Positions 1 to 12,550 of a stretch of 64,000 bases of DNA are shown here, piece after piece. Source of the stretch: Glaucostegus cemiculus (lineage: Eukaryota). The stretch is from positions 10,354,001-10,418,000 of the forward strand of contig CDPCPM010000021.1 in NCBI GenBank assembly GCA_976551045.1, in the 5' to 3' direction. The notes beneath the pieces were generated by a model. The model saw only the letters and a list, made by a program, of their open reading frames with translations. It had not been told where the DNA came from and made no database searches. The translations under genes were made by a program, and so were the position numbers. The stretch's first letter is position 1; each line of letters opens with the position of its first letter.

Positions 1-167
1 GCCAAGATAGTGAAGGAATTCTGGGGCTGTACAACTTGAGGAAATGGACCCTTTGGGACAAGTATTAGCAAAGTGACATAAAATAAGTTATAGCTTATCC
101 AATTAAGTTGGCATTTATTTAGCAGGAAATACATTACATTTTTGAATAATCTTTCTGTCTGGAAAGA

Positions 168-517
168 TGAAAAATACTATGATTCTGGGGGAACTCAGTG
201 GGCCAGGCAGCATCTGTGGAGAAAAGCAGGTGGTCAATGTTTTGGGTCAGGACCCTTCTTCAGGACTGAAGATAGGAAAAGGGGAAGCCCAATATATAGG
301 ATGGAAAAGCAGAGCAGTGATAGGTGGACAAAAGAGGGGGGCGGGGTTCCCTCATATATACTGGGTTTCCCTTTTTCCTATCTTTAGTCCTGAAGAGGGG
401 TCCTGACATGAAATACTGACCGCCTACTTTTCTCCATGGATGCTGCCTGGCCTTCTGAGTTCCTCCTGCATCATTGTGTTTTTCATCTCGATTCCAGCAC
501 CTGCAGTCCTTTGTTCC
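168..517. mobile_element. Penelope-derived palindromic (head-to-head) repeat with target-site duplication
   Basis: Arm ~168-268 (GGAACTCAG..CAGGCAGCATCTGTGGAG..GACCCTTCTTCAGGACT) is the reverse complement of ~386-490. TCTGTCTGGAAAGA is directly repeated at 154-167 and 518-531. Both arms carry a hammerhead-like CTGAAGA..(G/A)AAA core. Confidence 0.75.
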
Positions 518-1504
518 TCTGTCTGGAAAGACACTGTTTAAGAAGACGGGAGATACAGTTCCTGGTCTAATACAAATCCATAAAAGTCAGTTCAAATTGA
601 TCAAGTTCTGATGAGTCTTTGTTTCTTAATGTTGTTTTACTATGGTTTACAGGCAACTTGATTTTCTGGAAGTGCAATACCAGCACAATCTTCAGGTTCA
701 ACTCATGCAACATGACAGTGCTGGATAATCCAAGTTTCTTCACCATCAGATTAAAGGATTATTCACGAAGCTATCACAAATGCAGGTAATCAAAATCAGT
801 TCTAAATCTCCACATGATATGTATGTATTGTTTAAATGTTGCACTGAATATTCATCCTGAATTATATGGAGATGGACACAATATCCCAGTTGGTCACATA
901 AATTTCCCAATTTAAATTTAGATAAGGGCCATATCTTAATCCATGTGAAGGCCAATGATAAGATATTCCTCTGACATATTTTTTTATCATATCTTGAACT
1001 GCACCCTATTCCAAATATGCAAGCAATTCCATTGTAAAACAATCTGTTCTACCACCTGTGAATTTCCCCTTTCAGTCCTCTATTCTAATGGTGGAGTTGC
1101 TAGCTTTCTAAAATGCAGCATTAACCTTTATTAGCTCAATATCTTTCCTCCTGCTCTCATCGTATTAATGTCATGTAAAGAAGATTGGAGAGCACCCAAA
1201 AATGGGTATGGAGATCACAACGCATGATTAACTTGCTCCCGTTCAGTATAATGTAGAGAACATGCCAACAGTGTTTCCTGCTCATTATAATGATTGCTAC
1301 ATGCAACCAGATCTATCTGCACTGTTCCTGGCTGAATACAAGGAACAGGAATTACTATATCATTTGTAGCTTGCAAGGCTTAAAGCTAGCTTCCTCTACC
1401 TCAGGTTAACAAGTACATGCCTCTTAAAGGGGAAGTGATTATGCTGAAGGAATTGTTGGCAGTCGGTTTGCTGGAGAATCTGATTAAGGAAAAGCTGACC
1501 ATGA

Positions 1505-1640
1505 GATAGAGACACAAGAGACTGCAGATGTTGAAAACTGGAGCAAAATAACAAACTGCTGGAGGAACTCAGTGGGTCAAGCAGCATCTGTGGAAGCAAG
1601 GGGACAGTCAATATTTCAGGTCGTGATCATCAGGACCATG
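1505..1640 (-). mobile_element. Penelope-derived repeat fragment
   Basis: GACTGCAGATGTTG..CTGCTGGAGGAACTCAG..GCAGCATCTGTGG..GACAGTCAATATTTCAGGTC, same family as 168-517. Confidence 0.7.
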
Positions 1641-1842
1641 AGATGTTCTGTCACCTCAGGATCTACAAATGCATGATAAATGTGCAGTGGGAATAGATTC
1701 CTGCTGTGGTTAATGCTCCTCTCCCCGAGTGATATGTATAATAAATACATGTAACATATTAATCCACAGGTTATTCATCACAACTTTTCCACCTGATATC
1801 CATACAATAGATCAGTTTAATAACCAGCAATTTAATATGATA

Positions 1843-2210
1843 CAGGTGCCTGAGGGCACGTACCACCAGACCTAAGGACAGCTTCTACCCCACTGTGATA
1901 AGACTATTGAATGGTTCCTTTATACAATTAGATGGATTATGACCTCACGATCTACCTTACTGTGACCTTGCACCTTATTGCATTGCACTTTCTCTGTAGC
2001 TGTGACACTTCACTCTGTACTGTTGTTGTTTTTACTTGTACTACATCAATGCACTTTGTACTAACTCAGAGTAGGGGACACTGTACTAATTGCACTTTGT
2101 ACTAACTATGTAACTGCACTGTGTAATGAATCGACCTGTATGATTAATTTGTAAGACAAGCTTTTCTCTGTACGTTGGCACAAGTGACAATCATAAACCA
2201 ATACCAATGA
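1843..2210 (+). mobile_element. Rex1/Babar-type LINE 3' fragment
   Basis: GCACGTACCACCAGACCTAAGGACAGCTTCTACCCC..GTGACAATCATAAACCAATACCAAT tail; highly similar to 11400-11685 and 63030-63335. Confidence 0.75.
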
Positions 2211-3094
2211 TGCATTTGTTATAACAACAGATATCCAGATGTGAAGTATTTAGGTTAATAGGTAATTGCTGAATGAGATAACAGGCTTATAGAGAGCAAA
2301 CTCTAAAATGAAATTAGAGATTAGTACAGCTTTTTCTCCGCAGACTTAAGCAAATGTAGTTGGGACATCCAATTGGTTGTGCTGTCAATCAAGTTCTTTA
2401 AAAACAGCAGGATCAGAAACCGGCAAAGAGTGGAATTGGAAGTTTTAATGGAAGGAACAGGAAGAGGTGCTTGAATGCTCTGCCATTTCAACTGTATCAA
2501 AAGTAACTAAAGACAAGGGACGAGTTATCTTTTGAATAGAATCAGTCAAAGCTGAGTATTGTGATATATATTGCTGAGCCCAAGTTATCAATCAGTATTG
2601 TGTAAAATTTATTAATTTTTCTATTGCTGGAGATTCCATCTGTGATGTACTCAAGAAGAAGGTTGGTTGCATACATTTCAATCATGAGTTACCTTCTGCG
2701 GGTAAGCAGTTCCCAGAATCACTGCGTAAAGGATAAAGGATTTTGGTCATGAAGGCAAGCAGTCGAGTTTTGACCCAAGGTTAGGAGCCAAAGAAAAGTC
2801 AAGACATTCCAGCTATCTGTTGGTTGCTGCTTGGATTGCTTCTACTACCCTATGAGCCCACTTCAAAGTAAATTCTGACTCTTCCAATAGCAATGTGCAC
2901 TAGCTTAACTTTTGTTCCAATTAATTTGTCTGATATCTTAACAGAGACTTTACAATAAGTGTCTAGATACCTGTGTTAAGGTAGTAATGAATCATGGAAT
3001 AATGTAGCAGAAATGGAAGCCAATTTTTCTCGTCAAGAATTTATTTGATTTCCCTCAGCCTTCACCTGGCTTAGAACCTGCCCCGTTTTACTTC

Positions 3095-3200
3095 ACCTGT
3101 CCAGATGAAGGGCCTCGACTCGAAAAGTTGACTGTCCGTATCCCTCCATAGATGTTGCCTGACCCGCTGAGTTCCTCCAGCTCCTTCGTGTGTTGCTCCA
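3095..3200 (+). mobile_element. Penelope-derived repeat fragment
   Basis: CCAGATGAAGGGCCTCGACTCGAAAAGTTGACTGTCC..CTGACCCGCTGAGTTCCTCCAGC. Confidence 0.7.
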
Positions 3201-3534
3201 GTTTCATATGATGCTGCTTTACCTGACTGGATGAGGAAGCATGAGTTAACTGCTTGGCCCTGTTCTTTGAATTTCTTCAGACGTGTTCACAGATCCTGGA
3301 AGTCTTACCAGGCAATGACCATGGGGACCAATCTTCTAACCCAGCAACAATGTAACTGCTGTTCCTCATTTGCTTTTACTGTAGCCACCATGGAATAAGG
3401 AATAGCCACAGTGTTCAAAGGGGAAACTCTTGTGCTGGTCTCTGGTTGTTGCTCTGTTATTGTGGCCTGTTGACAAGTGCATTAATTCAAGTGAGATTTG
3501 CACCAGTTCTCAGTTCTCAATATGAGATGAATAT

Positions 3535-4075
3535 TTGTATCTACAGTCTGGGTAATGAAGAACAAAAAGATCTACCTCATTAAGCTGAAAAGGTGTGCAT
3601 AAAAGATTCATGAAGACGTTCCCAGGAAGGGCTTGAGCTCTAAGGAGAGGCTGGATAGATTGGGATTTGTTTTCTCTGGATCATAGAAGGCTGAAGGGTG
3701 ACCATATAGAGGTTTAAAGAATCATGAGGGGAATAGATAAGGTGGATGGCCACAGTCTTTTCCTCAGGGTAAGGGACACTAAAACTTGAGGACATAGATT
3801 TTGAATGAGAGGGTAAAGATATAAAAGGGAGATGAGGGGGAAACTTTTTTTTTACATGGAGGGTGGTGGGTATTTGGAATTAGCTACCAGAGGAAGGGTA
3901 GAGGCGGATAAAATTACAACGTTTAAAAGACATTTAGATAGGTGCGTGGATGGAAGAGGTTTAGAGGGTTATAGCCAAATGCAGGCAAATGGGACTAGCT
4001 CAGGTAGACTTCTTGGTCAGCATGGGTGAGTTGGGCTGAAGGGCCTCTTTTTGTGCTGTATAACTCAATGACTCG
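3535..4075 (+). mobile_element. CR1 LINE 3' fragment
   Basis: Decayed ORF2 C-terminus (..GCTGAAGGGTGACCATATAGAGGTTTAAAGAATCATGAGGGG.., ..FKRHLDR) and the 3' UTR stem GGGCTGAAGGGCCTC..TGTGCTGTA. Confidence 0.8.
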
Positions 4076-4639
4076 ATGTGACTACTATTCAGGGCACCAA
4101 GCTTTTCCCCAATTGTCTTGCTGAAGTACCCACCAAGTTTCACAATCAGTTACTCCAGATGGCAGGGTGGTGAAACTTTCAGATCTTCCATATACTATTG
4201 AATAAGAATGACAAGTCAAATCACTATCTGGAAATTCTGGGAACTTTAGAACAGCAGCAGTTCAAAGTATAATATTACTTGCTTCATGTCAGTCAAGGGA
4301 AGTCAGAGCAAGCAGGTCCTTGAGAATGATGAGTGAGTGGGAGAGGGGGCAGGTTCTAAGCCAGGTGAAGGCTGAGGATGACAGGAAGCGCACAGATCAC
4401 CACCAAATCTCCCACGCAATTCCAGCAATTCCACAATGACTCAGGAATCTTGTGGCTTGAGATTGGATTTAAAATGTTTGAATAAAATTGCCTCTAATTT
4501 GGAACCAAAGGTGAGATTATGAGAACTTTATTTGCATTGCTAACTGTGATCCAGAATGTATGACCAAAATGAGTGGCAGAGACAGATTCTACAGTAATTT
4601 ATGAAGGGAAATTAAATAAATTCTTGACAGGAAAAATTG

Positions 4640-5053
4640 GCTTCCATTTCTGCTCCTGAAGTGAACACTCAACTCTGAGTTCTGTCACAGGAATAGGGTA
4701 TTCAAGTGAATGAAAGGAAAGATTTAAAGATGTGCCCAAAGCCTTCTTCAAAATTTGCAGCATTCCCATTGACTCCTGGGATTCTCTGACCCATGACCAC
4801 TCAACGCAGAATAATCCAAGTGGAAAAGGAGTATTCAGGTTGGTCCTGAGCCCATGCATCAGGAGCACACAGAAGCTCTGTATGAACAGCATAAGGAGCA
4901 CAACACAAGCTACTCACCCACTTGCCCCATCAACCACCTCCTGCCCAAAATATGGAAGAGTCTGCAGTTCCCACATTGACTCCTTCAGTCACCTCAGAGC
5001 CCACAGAACTGGAGTGGAAGCAATCTATCCTCGAGGGACTACCTAAGAAGAAG
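4640..5053 (+). mobile_element. RTE-clade LINE 3' fragment
   Basis: ORF 4732-5046 resembles the RTE ORF2 C-terminus (I..DSW..L..D; zinc-knuckle remnant CPKYGRVCSSHIDSFSHLRAH). It ends in CCTCGAGGGACTACCTAAGAAGAAG, a short AAG tail. Confidence 0.75.
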
Positions 5054-7179
5054 ATTCGAGGTAAAAACCCTACAGACACTGGGCATCACTGGACATGAGG
5101 AAGCTGGATGTCAGAAGAGCCCTGTAAAATTTGCTGCTGAAAGACAAAGGTAGCAAGAGAGTACTGAGCACAAGAGAGGGGCTGGGAGAAAATATTATTA
5201 TCTAGAGTTAAGTGCATATATAAATGACAGACTAAAAAAAATCTACATGTGCATTTAGCTTACTTCACAGAGATGTGATGCCTTGCATCATATTACATAC
5301 AATTCCCACTCCAGCAAGAAGTAGTAACCTCCTGGGAGATTATATAAAAAGACTAATTAAAGGGGAAATAATGGAAAAATCCTCACATTCTTATTAGCTG
5401 TCAAAACTAGTCCAGGAAATAACACCGACTGTACTTGTGGTGAAGGATTCCCACGTTTGTTACATTGTGATCTGCACCTTAACCAAAAACCAGTTCAGCT
5501 CTTAGGAGCAACAGTTGATCTTTGTTCAACACATGAGCATTTAACCTGTTCCAGACACTCTTTACTCTCTTTCAAAGCAACACTACATGATATCCAAATA
5601 GATTTTGTCCTTATGTGGCTTATTGTTTGATATATTAGATCTGCATAAATATAATATAGGCCCTTCATTGGTTTACGAGCATCAATCATTTCAAAGCTCG
5701 AAGGTATAGACACTTTCTATAAAATTGGCCGAAGCATTCTAGTGGTGGTTTATTCAAGCATATGTCCAATGACAAGATTGTGTATTCATTTTATACTGAG
5801 TTGTTTTGTGAATACATAATGTCTATTTTGAGTTTAGATTGACTCTGTCAGCCATACATCTTTGGAAAGCGATGCACTGAAATGTCTTATTCAATTATTT
5901 CTTTTGTAGAGTGTCAATACGTTTAGCATTTCCACTACCTATGTGCTGTGGTATGTTTTTTTCTCCGAGTCAATCAAAGGCAAAAACGGTCTTGTCTCAA
6001 TAAACATAGGGAACTGAGCTATAACAGTGAATGGTGGGAAAACTGGGAACAACTTAATTCTTGAAAGCTAGGAGCTAAAACCATGTGTGTATTGTCATTC
6101 ACTAATAATCTGCAAAGAAACAGGCAAAGGTCCAAGGACCATTCATTATAGATAGCTGGCACACCTGTTCATTTATGCAGTAGGAGTCAGAAATCTTCAT
6201 AATAACCAGGGGACTGAGTAATTACAGGGAGTTTGAGAGGTTGATGAATAGTGAGAAGAAATTGCATTGGAGAAGACAGCTGAAGTATAGTGTAGGTAAC
6301 CAAGAATTACAAAGCTGTTCTGCTATATAATTAAATTGCCTGAATAAGAGAAGCGAAAGAGAACTGCCTGCAAGAAAGCTGACAACGACTGTAAAAGTTA
6401 TTCTGCTGACAGAGATCTTGCTGTGTGAACAAAATAGAGAGACTGATAAATTCAGTTTAAAGATCCCTATTGAAATTGACAGTGGAATAATACAGCTGCT
6501 GTAACGATCTGTCAGCACCTGCACGTGTATATACTGTGAGCCACCTGCGTTGACTGCCTCAGAGGAGCAGGAGTGGACCCTTAACTGAGAGTGAAGGAGA
6601 GCTTTCAAACGATTCAAGGTAGTCCAAATGACTACAACATGATGCAATGCAATATTGGCTACTTTACTGTTTAGTGAGGAAGTTGATTGGATGACGAATG
6701 TATCCAGCCAACTATGCCCAGTCTAATTGCATACTATACTGCACTGTGATTTCATTGGAGTGCATCCAGGTACTCCTGACTCCTAAAGTAGCATGAACAT
6801 TGTTGGTGATTTTCTTAAGCAGAGGTATATTACCTTCAGAGGTAGCACAACTCCATCTTACTTTCAGCTATAATATTTTTTGTTATATCTTCTTGAATTG
6901 AAGACTTTTGGCTCTGTTAATTAATTCTTAATTTCAAACGGACATCAAGCAGTAATCTAACCAAGGGAATTGTAGGATTTTGCAGGCAGTAGGACAACTG
7001 AATCCTATTTCTGAGATTCATTGTTTCGCTCATAACTATCTCGTTGATTTGGCACATGCTTTGCATTGTCCTCTTTCAAACAGGTTTGTCTTTATTCACC
7101 CCATAATGGGGTTGGATTGGAGGGTTCAAGGTAAATATGTGGTTACCAAAGAAAAGTGTACATTATTGAAATAGTAGTC

Positions 7180-7500
7180 AGGTTTAGGATTATGCAAAGG
7201 ATCTCACTGGCATTTTAATATGAGGTTAGGTATTAGGGATTTTTATGGGGGTAGAATAAGGGTACAGAGTTAAGAGTTAGCAGGGGTTGAGCTGTTCATA
7301 GGAGGTGTAGGGATGTGGGTTGACAGGGCTGACTTGAGGCTCTGGGATTCAGAGTTAGCAGTTCAGTTAAGGATCAGATTTAGGGTTGGTAAGATAGACA
7401 TTAGAGAAATAAGTTATGGTGAGCAGTTAGATATTATATTTAGGGCCTGTAGTTTAGAATTAAGTGTCTGAGGGGTTCATTGTGTGGGGTTTGTTTTCAG
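7180..7500 (+). repeat. Degenerate G/T-rich low-complexity tract with telomere-like TTAGG(G) units
   Basis: Scattered GGTTTAGG, GGTTAGG, TTAGGG and GAGTTAG units with few C on the + strand. Confidence 0.5.
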
Positions 7501-8789
7501 AATATACTTTCTTTTTCACTTATAAAAAGAGCAGGGAATATACAGGGTGGTCTAATTACTGTCTGGCTCTCTGGCTTATCTATTTTGGAATTGTAGCCTT
7601 TATATCTGCCCACATTTGTCCAAATTATATATGGTTCAGGCCATTTAATGAATGGTTCTTTAATTTTTTTTTCCATCTAATATTTCAGTCCTTTTTCTTT
7701 GACAAGATTACCATTTCACATTTATATGAAGACCTAGAATTCCAGGGACTGAATCCTATGTTTTAGAAAGCATCTAGTGGCAGGTTTGTCTTTGTTTTTT
7801 GTTCCAATGACATGAGTGCCCTGTAAGCCTTGTTTACAAAGCATTCCCTGTACCTCTTATATATAAGATGTGGCACTGCTTATATTGAATTTCATAAACT
7901 ACATTTTGCAGCTTGCATGTAGTCGTTTGGTTTATCAGAACCACCTTTCCTCTAACTCATTTGGGCTGAAATAACTCTGAACTTCAGTTAATCAAATCAT
8001 GAACCCTTGAAGGGAAATGGTTATTTTATTTGTAAATTCAGAACATAGAACAGGATGCCATCTTATAGAGGTGCATTACTTACTCTAACTGAGCTGCAAA
8101 AACAAGTTTTGTTTTATAGACTGCAGGCTAGATGCTTCAATTTACAATCAGTCAAGGTGCAGAAAGCGTACTCTTGGGGCAAATCAAATTACATTGCATT
8201 GATGTACCAATTGGGTATGTCAGAGCTGGCATTGAGACCTATTGTTTATCAAATGGTTTGATGTCTTAGATGTTTTTTTTTCTGTCTTTGATCTGGCTTG
8301 ACTGACAACTTTGTGCTTTAGGACTTCTTCCACTGAGATATGTATATCAACTAACTCACATTTTTGTAGAAACAAAAATGGAAAATGCTGGTCAGGAGGT
8401 CAGACAGCATTGTAGATCAAGAAATAGAGTTAATGTTTTAGATATAAGGCCCTTTGTTAGAACTGCAAATGTGTTTTTAAGATTCACATAAATGTAGCGT
8501 GATCAATAAAATGAAGCATCTCAAAGACACTTCAGCTGAAGCATTATCAAAACAAAATGTGATATTAAGTTGCATAAAGAAATATTAGGACACGTGACTA
8601 AAGCTTAGTAAAAGGAAAAAGCTTGAAGGAGCATTTTGAAGAGCGAGAGGTAGACGAATATGCAGAGAGGCATAGGGAGTTCCACTGAAGTTACAGTATC
8701 AATGTGAGTTGACTATCCATGGTTCAGTTTTATTTGCATTCGATGTTTATGTTTGGAATGGAAGCCAGAACACTTCCATATTTCCTAAT

Positions 8790-9130
8790 GTCAGAGAAGG
8801 AGGCTACTTCAGCCCATCGAGTCCACACTGACTTACAGATCAATCGCATTCCCCACTAATTTTTCCTGTACTTATTCTCCCACATTCCCATCATCTCCTC
8901 CCAGATTTTACCATTCACCAACATACTGGGGACAATCTATAGTGACAAGTCAAAAAACGAGTCACAAGTCATCAGGACGCCGGGGAAAAAAATGCAGCAC
9001 CCAGAGGAAACCCATACAGTCACAGGGAGAAGATGCAAACGGCACACAGACAACACCCAAGGTCAAGATTGAACCTGGGTCCCTTGAGCTATGAGATAGC
9101 TGCTCTGCCAGATGCACCACTGTGCCCACC
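8790..9130 (-). mobile_element. tRNA-derived V-SINE (HE1-like) with CR1-type tail
   Basis: The reverse strand gives a tRNA-like head (GGCACAGTGGTGCA..GGTTCAATC), the V-domain GGGTTTCCTCTGGGTGCT and the tail GATGGGCTGAAGTAGCC. Confidence 0.8.
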
Positions 9131-9339
9131 CAATTATTTGCTTTGTAGGCTACCATTTTCGAGCAATATTGAAGAAGGGCTGCACTGTCTGAGATGCCAC
9201 CTTGCAGATAAAATGTTAAGTCAAAGTCCTGTGTTCTCTCCATATGAACATAATGGATCCTACAGCATGATAAAAAAGAAGAGCAGAGGAACTATTCTTT
9301 GTATGCTGGGCAATATTTATACATCAATCAATGTCATTA

Positions 9340-9640
9340 AGATAAGAGATAAGATATCTTTACTAGTCACATGTGCATCAAAACACACAGTGAAATGCAT
9401 CTGTTGCGTGCTGTTTTGGAGACAGCCTGCAAGTGTTGCCATGCTTCTGGTGCCAACATAGCATGCCCACAATTTCCTAACCTGTACGCCTTTGGAATGT
9501 GGGAGGAAACCGGGAGCACTTGGAGAAAACCCATGCAGACATGGGGAGAACATACAAACTCCTTATAGATAGCAGCTGAAATTTAACCTGGGTTGCTGAC
9601 ACTGTAAGGGCATTACACTAACCAAGACACTACTGTGCCT
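9340..9640 (-). mobile_element. tRNA-derived V-SINE, second family (Rex1-like tail, TCTTA repeats)
   Basis: Reverse complement of the 61262-61557 copy: CCGGTTTCCTCCCACATTCCAAAG..ATGCATTTCACTGTGTGTTT..GATATCTTATCTCTTATC. Confidence 0.8.
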
Positions 9641-9674
9641 GGTCCTTTTCACATTGATTTACTGTTGATATTAA

Positions 9675-10150
9675 CCAAACTGGTTGTATCATGGTTTGGC
9701 AATTCAAATGCACAGAAACATAAGAAGCTGCAGAAGTAGTGGACTCAGCCCATGGGCACATCACCCTAGCCCCTGCCCCCACCATTGGTAGTTGTTACAT
9801 GAGGCTGCCTCAAGAGGCAACGTCTACCATCAAAGATCCCCACCAACCGGGCCATGCAATCTTCCAGCACCTACCATCGGGCAGGAAGAACAGAAGCCTG
9901 AAGTCCCACACCACCAGGTTCAGGAACAGCTGCTTCCCTTCAACCATTCAGTTTTTGAACTAACCGGCACAACCCCAATCACCACCCCAGTATAGCAATA
10001 CCATGACCACTTTGATCACTTTGTACTACAATGGACTTCACCTTTTTTGTTCTAGTTGTATTCTTTCTTGAAAAAATTGCATACAATTTGTTTTTCTTGT
10101 GAATGTTGTATCTCTGATGCCTGTGGTGCTGCTGCAAGTAATATTTCTGC
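9675..10150 (+). mobile_element. Rex1/Babar-type LINE 3' fragment
   Basis: ORF 9739-9963 ..TIKDPHQPGHAIFQHLPSGRKNRSLKSHTTRFRNSCFP, the typical C-terminal motif of this clade. Confidence 0.8.
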
Positions 10151-10989
10151 AGATGCTTATGTAGATGATTTCACTCAGCTTATTGCATTACCCAAAATGG
10201 GGTGCTAGATTCAATAAACTTCCTGCTCAGTCTTTCTAATTTTGCTGCACTTATATTGGTATTAATTTCACATTACCTTCCTTTAATGTGGTTTTTAACC
10301 TTGATGCTGCATTTCAAAGGTTTTGCAAAGAAGTCAGACTTCCATTTGTCTTTGAGTTCATTGATCCATTATCAATAATCCTGAGCTTGTCTCTAAATCA
10401 TAAATATTTAACCACTGTTGCTTTTAGAAAACAATTGATGGGAATTAGAAGAACAAAAGCCATTGAATTTATGATGTTACTCTCCAATGGCATGTATCGT
10501 GAAACCAGAGCAGCTCTTGACGTAGGCTCTGTATATAAGGCACGGCAGCCCAATCTCAGAAGCTGTTCCTAATGGTTTGTCATTTCTCAAAAGGCTTTAA
10601 AATGGAAAGAAGTACACAATAGAAAAGGCCTAGGTGAACTTACCACCAATGACTTAACTTAAACAGGAGGTAAAATTCAAAGATTGTTTCACTACTTCAG
10701 TTGGATTTGATGCCTGCCAAGGAAAATGATGAGATTTATGATGGTATTTTTGCGTCCAACACAAGTTTGGAGATGGCACAACAAAAAGAAAACTGATGAT
10801 CAGCACCTGATTAGGGTTCTGGCACGTGGTCTTTGACCTGAAGCATTAACTTCCCTTCTCTCTCCACAGATTCTGCTGACCTGCTAGTGGCTTATGCTTT
10901 TACTTAAGTTGGCAACAATGTTCTGTATTTCAAGTAGCCGAACTGATGTGCAAGCAAAATTGTTGGTAAATTCTTATGTTTAATCAATG

Positions 10990-11685
10990 TCACTCAATAG
11001 TCGAGAGGGTCAAGAGCTTCAAGTTCCTGGGAATGAACATCACAAATAGCCTGTCCTGGTCAAATCACGTAGATGCCACAGCCAAGAATGCTCATCAGTG
11101 CCTCTACTTCCTCAGGAGGCTAAAGAAATTTGGTATGTCCCCTTTGACACTCACCAACTTTCATTGATGCTGAAGCATCCTATCCGGATGCATCACAGCT
11201 TGGTATGGTAATTGCTCTGCCCAGGACTACAAGAAACTGCAGAGAGTTGTGGACACAGCCCAGCGCGTCACGGAAACCAGCCTCCCCTCCTTGGTCTTTA
11301 CCTCTCACTGCCTTGGTGAGGCAGCTGGCATAATCAAAGACCCCACCTACATGGGTCATTCTCTCTTCTCTCCTGTTCTATCAGGTAGAAGATGCAGGAG
11401 CCGGAGGGCACGTACCACCAAGCTTAAGGACAGCTTCTATCCCACTGAGATAAGACTATTGAATGGTTCCCTTATACAATGAGATGAACTCTGACCTCAT
11501 GATCTACCTTGTTGTGACCTTGCACCTTATTGCACTGCTCTTACTCTGAACTGTTATTGTTTTACTTGTACTACTTTAATGCACTCTGTACTAACTCAAT
11601 GTAACTGCACTGTGTAATGAATTGACCTGTACCATCGGTATGCAAGACAAGTTTTTCACTGTACGATAATAAACCAATACCAATA
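10990..11685 (+). mobile_element. Rex1/Babar-type LINE 3' fragment
   Basis: ORFs VERVKSFKFLG..LSWSNH..QCLYFLRRLKKFG and IIKDPT..GHSLFS..SGRR..TTKLKDSFYP, followed by the 3' UTR. Confidence 0.85.
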
Positions 11686-12297
11686 GTGGCCTGAATTAGG
11701 AGATCTGTGATAATAAGGCATAATACTGACCAACATTTACATTGCCTAATACTCTTAATACTTAGAAATATCCTCAAAGAGAATTTATTTTCTTTGTGCT
11801 TTTGGTTAGGTTTGTTTTGTGCGTGCAGATCTTTGGTTGAGGTTGGAAAGGCTACCATGTCTGAAATACAAATCAGAGAATGCTGGAAACACTCAGCAGG
11901 TCAGGCAGCCTCTGCGGAGAGAGAAATAGTTCATGCTTCAGGTCAATAACAAAATGGCTTGAGACCTCTAGTAGGGAGTACTGGAACTATAATTGCAGAG
12001 GTTTTGAGTGATGGTAAGGTGACATGTCTCTGGCCAAGGTGGATGAAGTTTTGAAAATATATGTTATCTTAGGAGATTTTGGTAGAGGAATATCTCAACA
12101 TCAGTGGTGGTCAGAACTGGAGTGGAGGTGAATAGTTGTTGATCTCTTGAACTGTTTTGCAGAGTATAATGGGTAGAAGGCATCTCGTGAGATAGAGAGT
12201 GGTAAATTTGTATTAACATAAACAAAGAGAACCATAATAATGTATTAGGTGCATCGCATACAATTATTTGCTTTGTCTTACTACTTCAAAATGAATA

Positions 12298-12550
12298 CAA
12301 TGTACCCCTGCATGACGACAGTACAGGCAATGGAAATTCACCCCTACAGAATTCACATAACACTATCACAAAGTTTGAGAAGCAGAATAAAAATTTGCTC
12401 TTGCATAATTTGTGTGAAAGAAGATAACTAATGTGCAAAATGTGAAAGAAACAACAAATGTAAATTTTTGTCAAAGGTTCATGATACAGAAAATCATGAT
12501 ACAGACAGTTTTCTAGGAACGCAACCCCTCTATAATGCAAGGGTGTACAA
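12298..12550. mobile_element. Tc1/mariner Tigger-like MITE (old)
   Basis: Degenerate TIRs CAATGTACCCCTGCAT / ATGCAAGGGTGTACAA, TA at both flanks, subterminal GGAACGCAACCCC. Confidence 0.5.

Noticed and set aside
4529-4540. Octamer ATTTGCAT (also ~8732) as an Ig promoter
   Set aside because: No downstream TATA, leader or V exon; the frequency is compatible with chance in AT-rich DNA.
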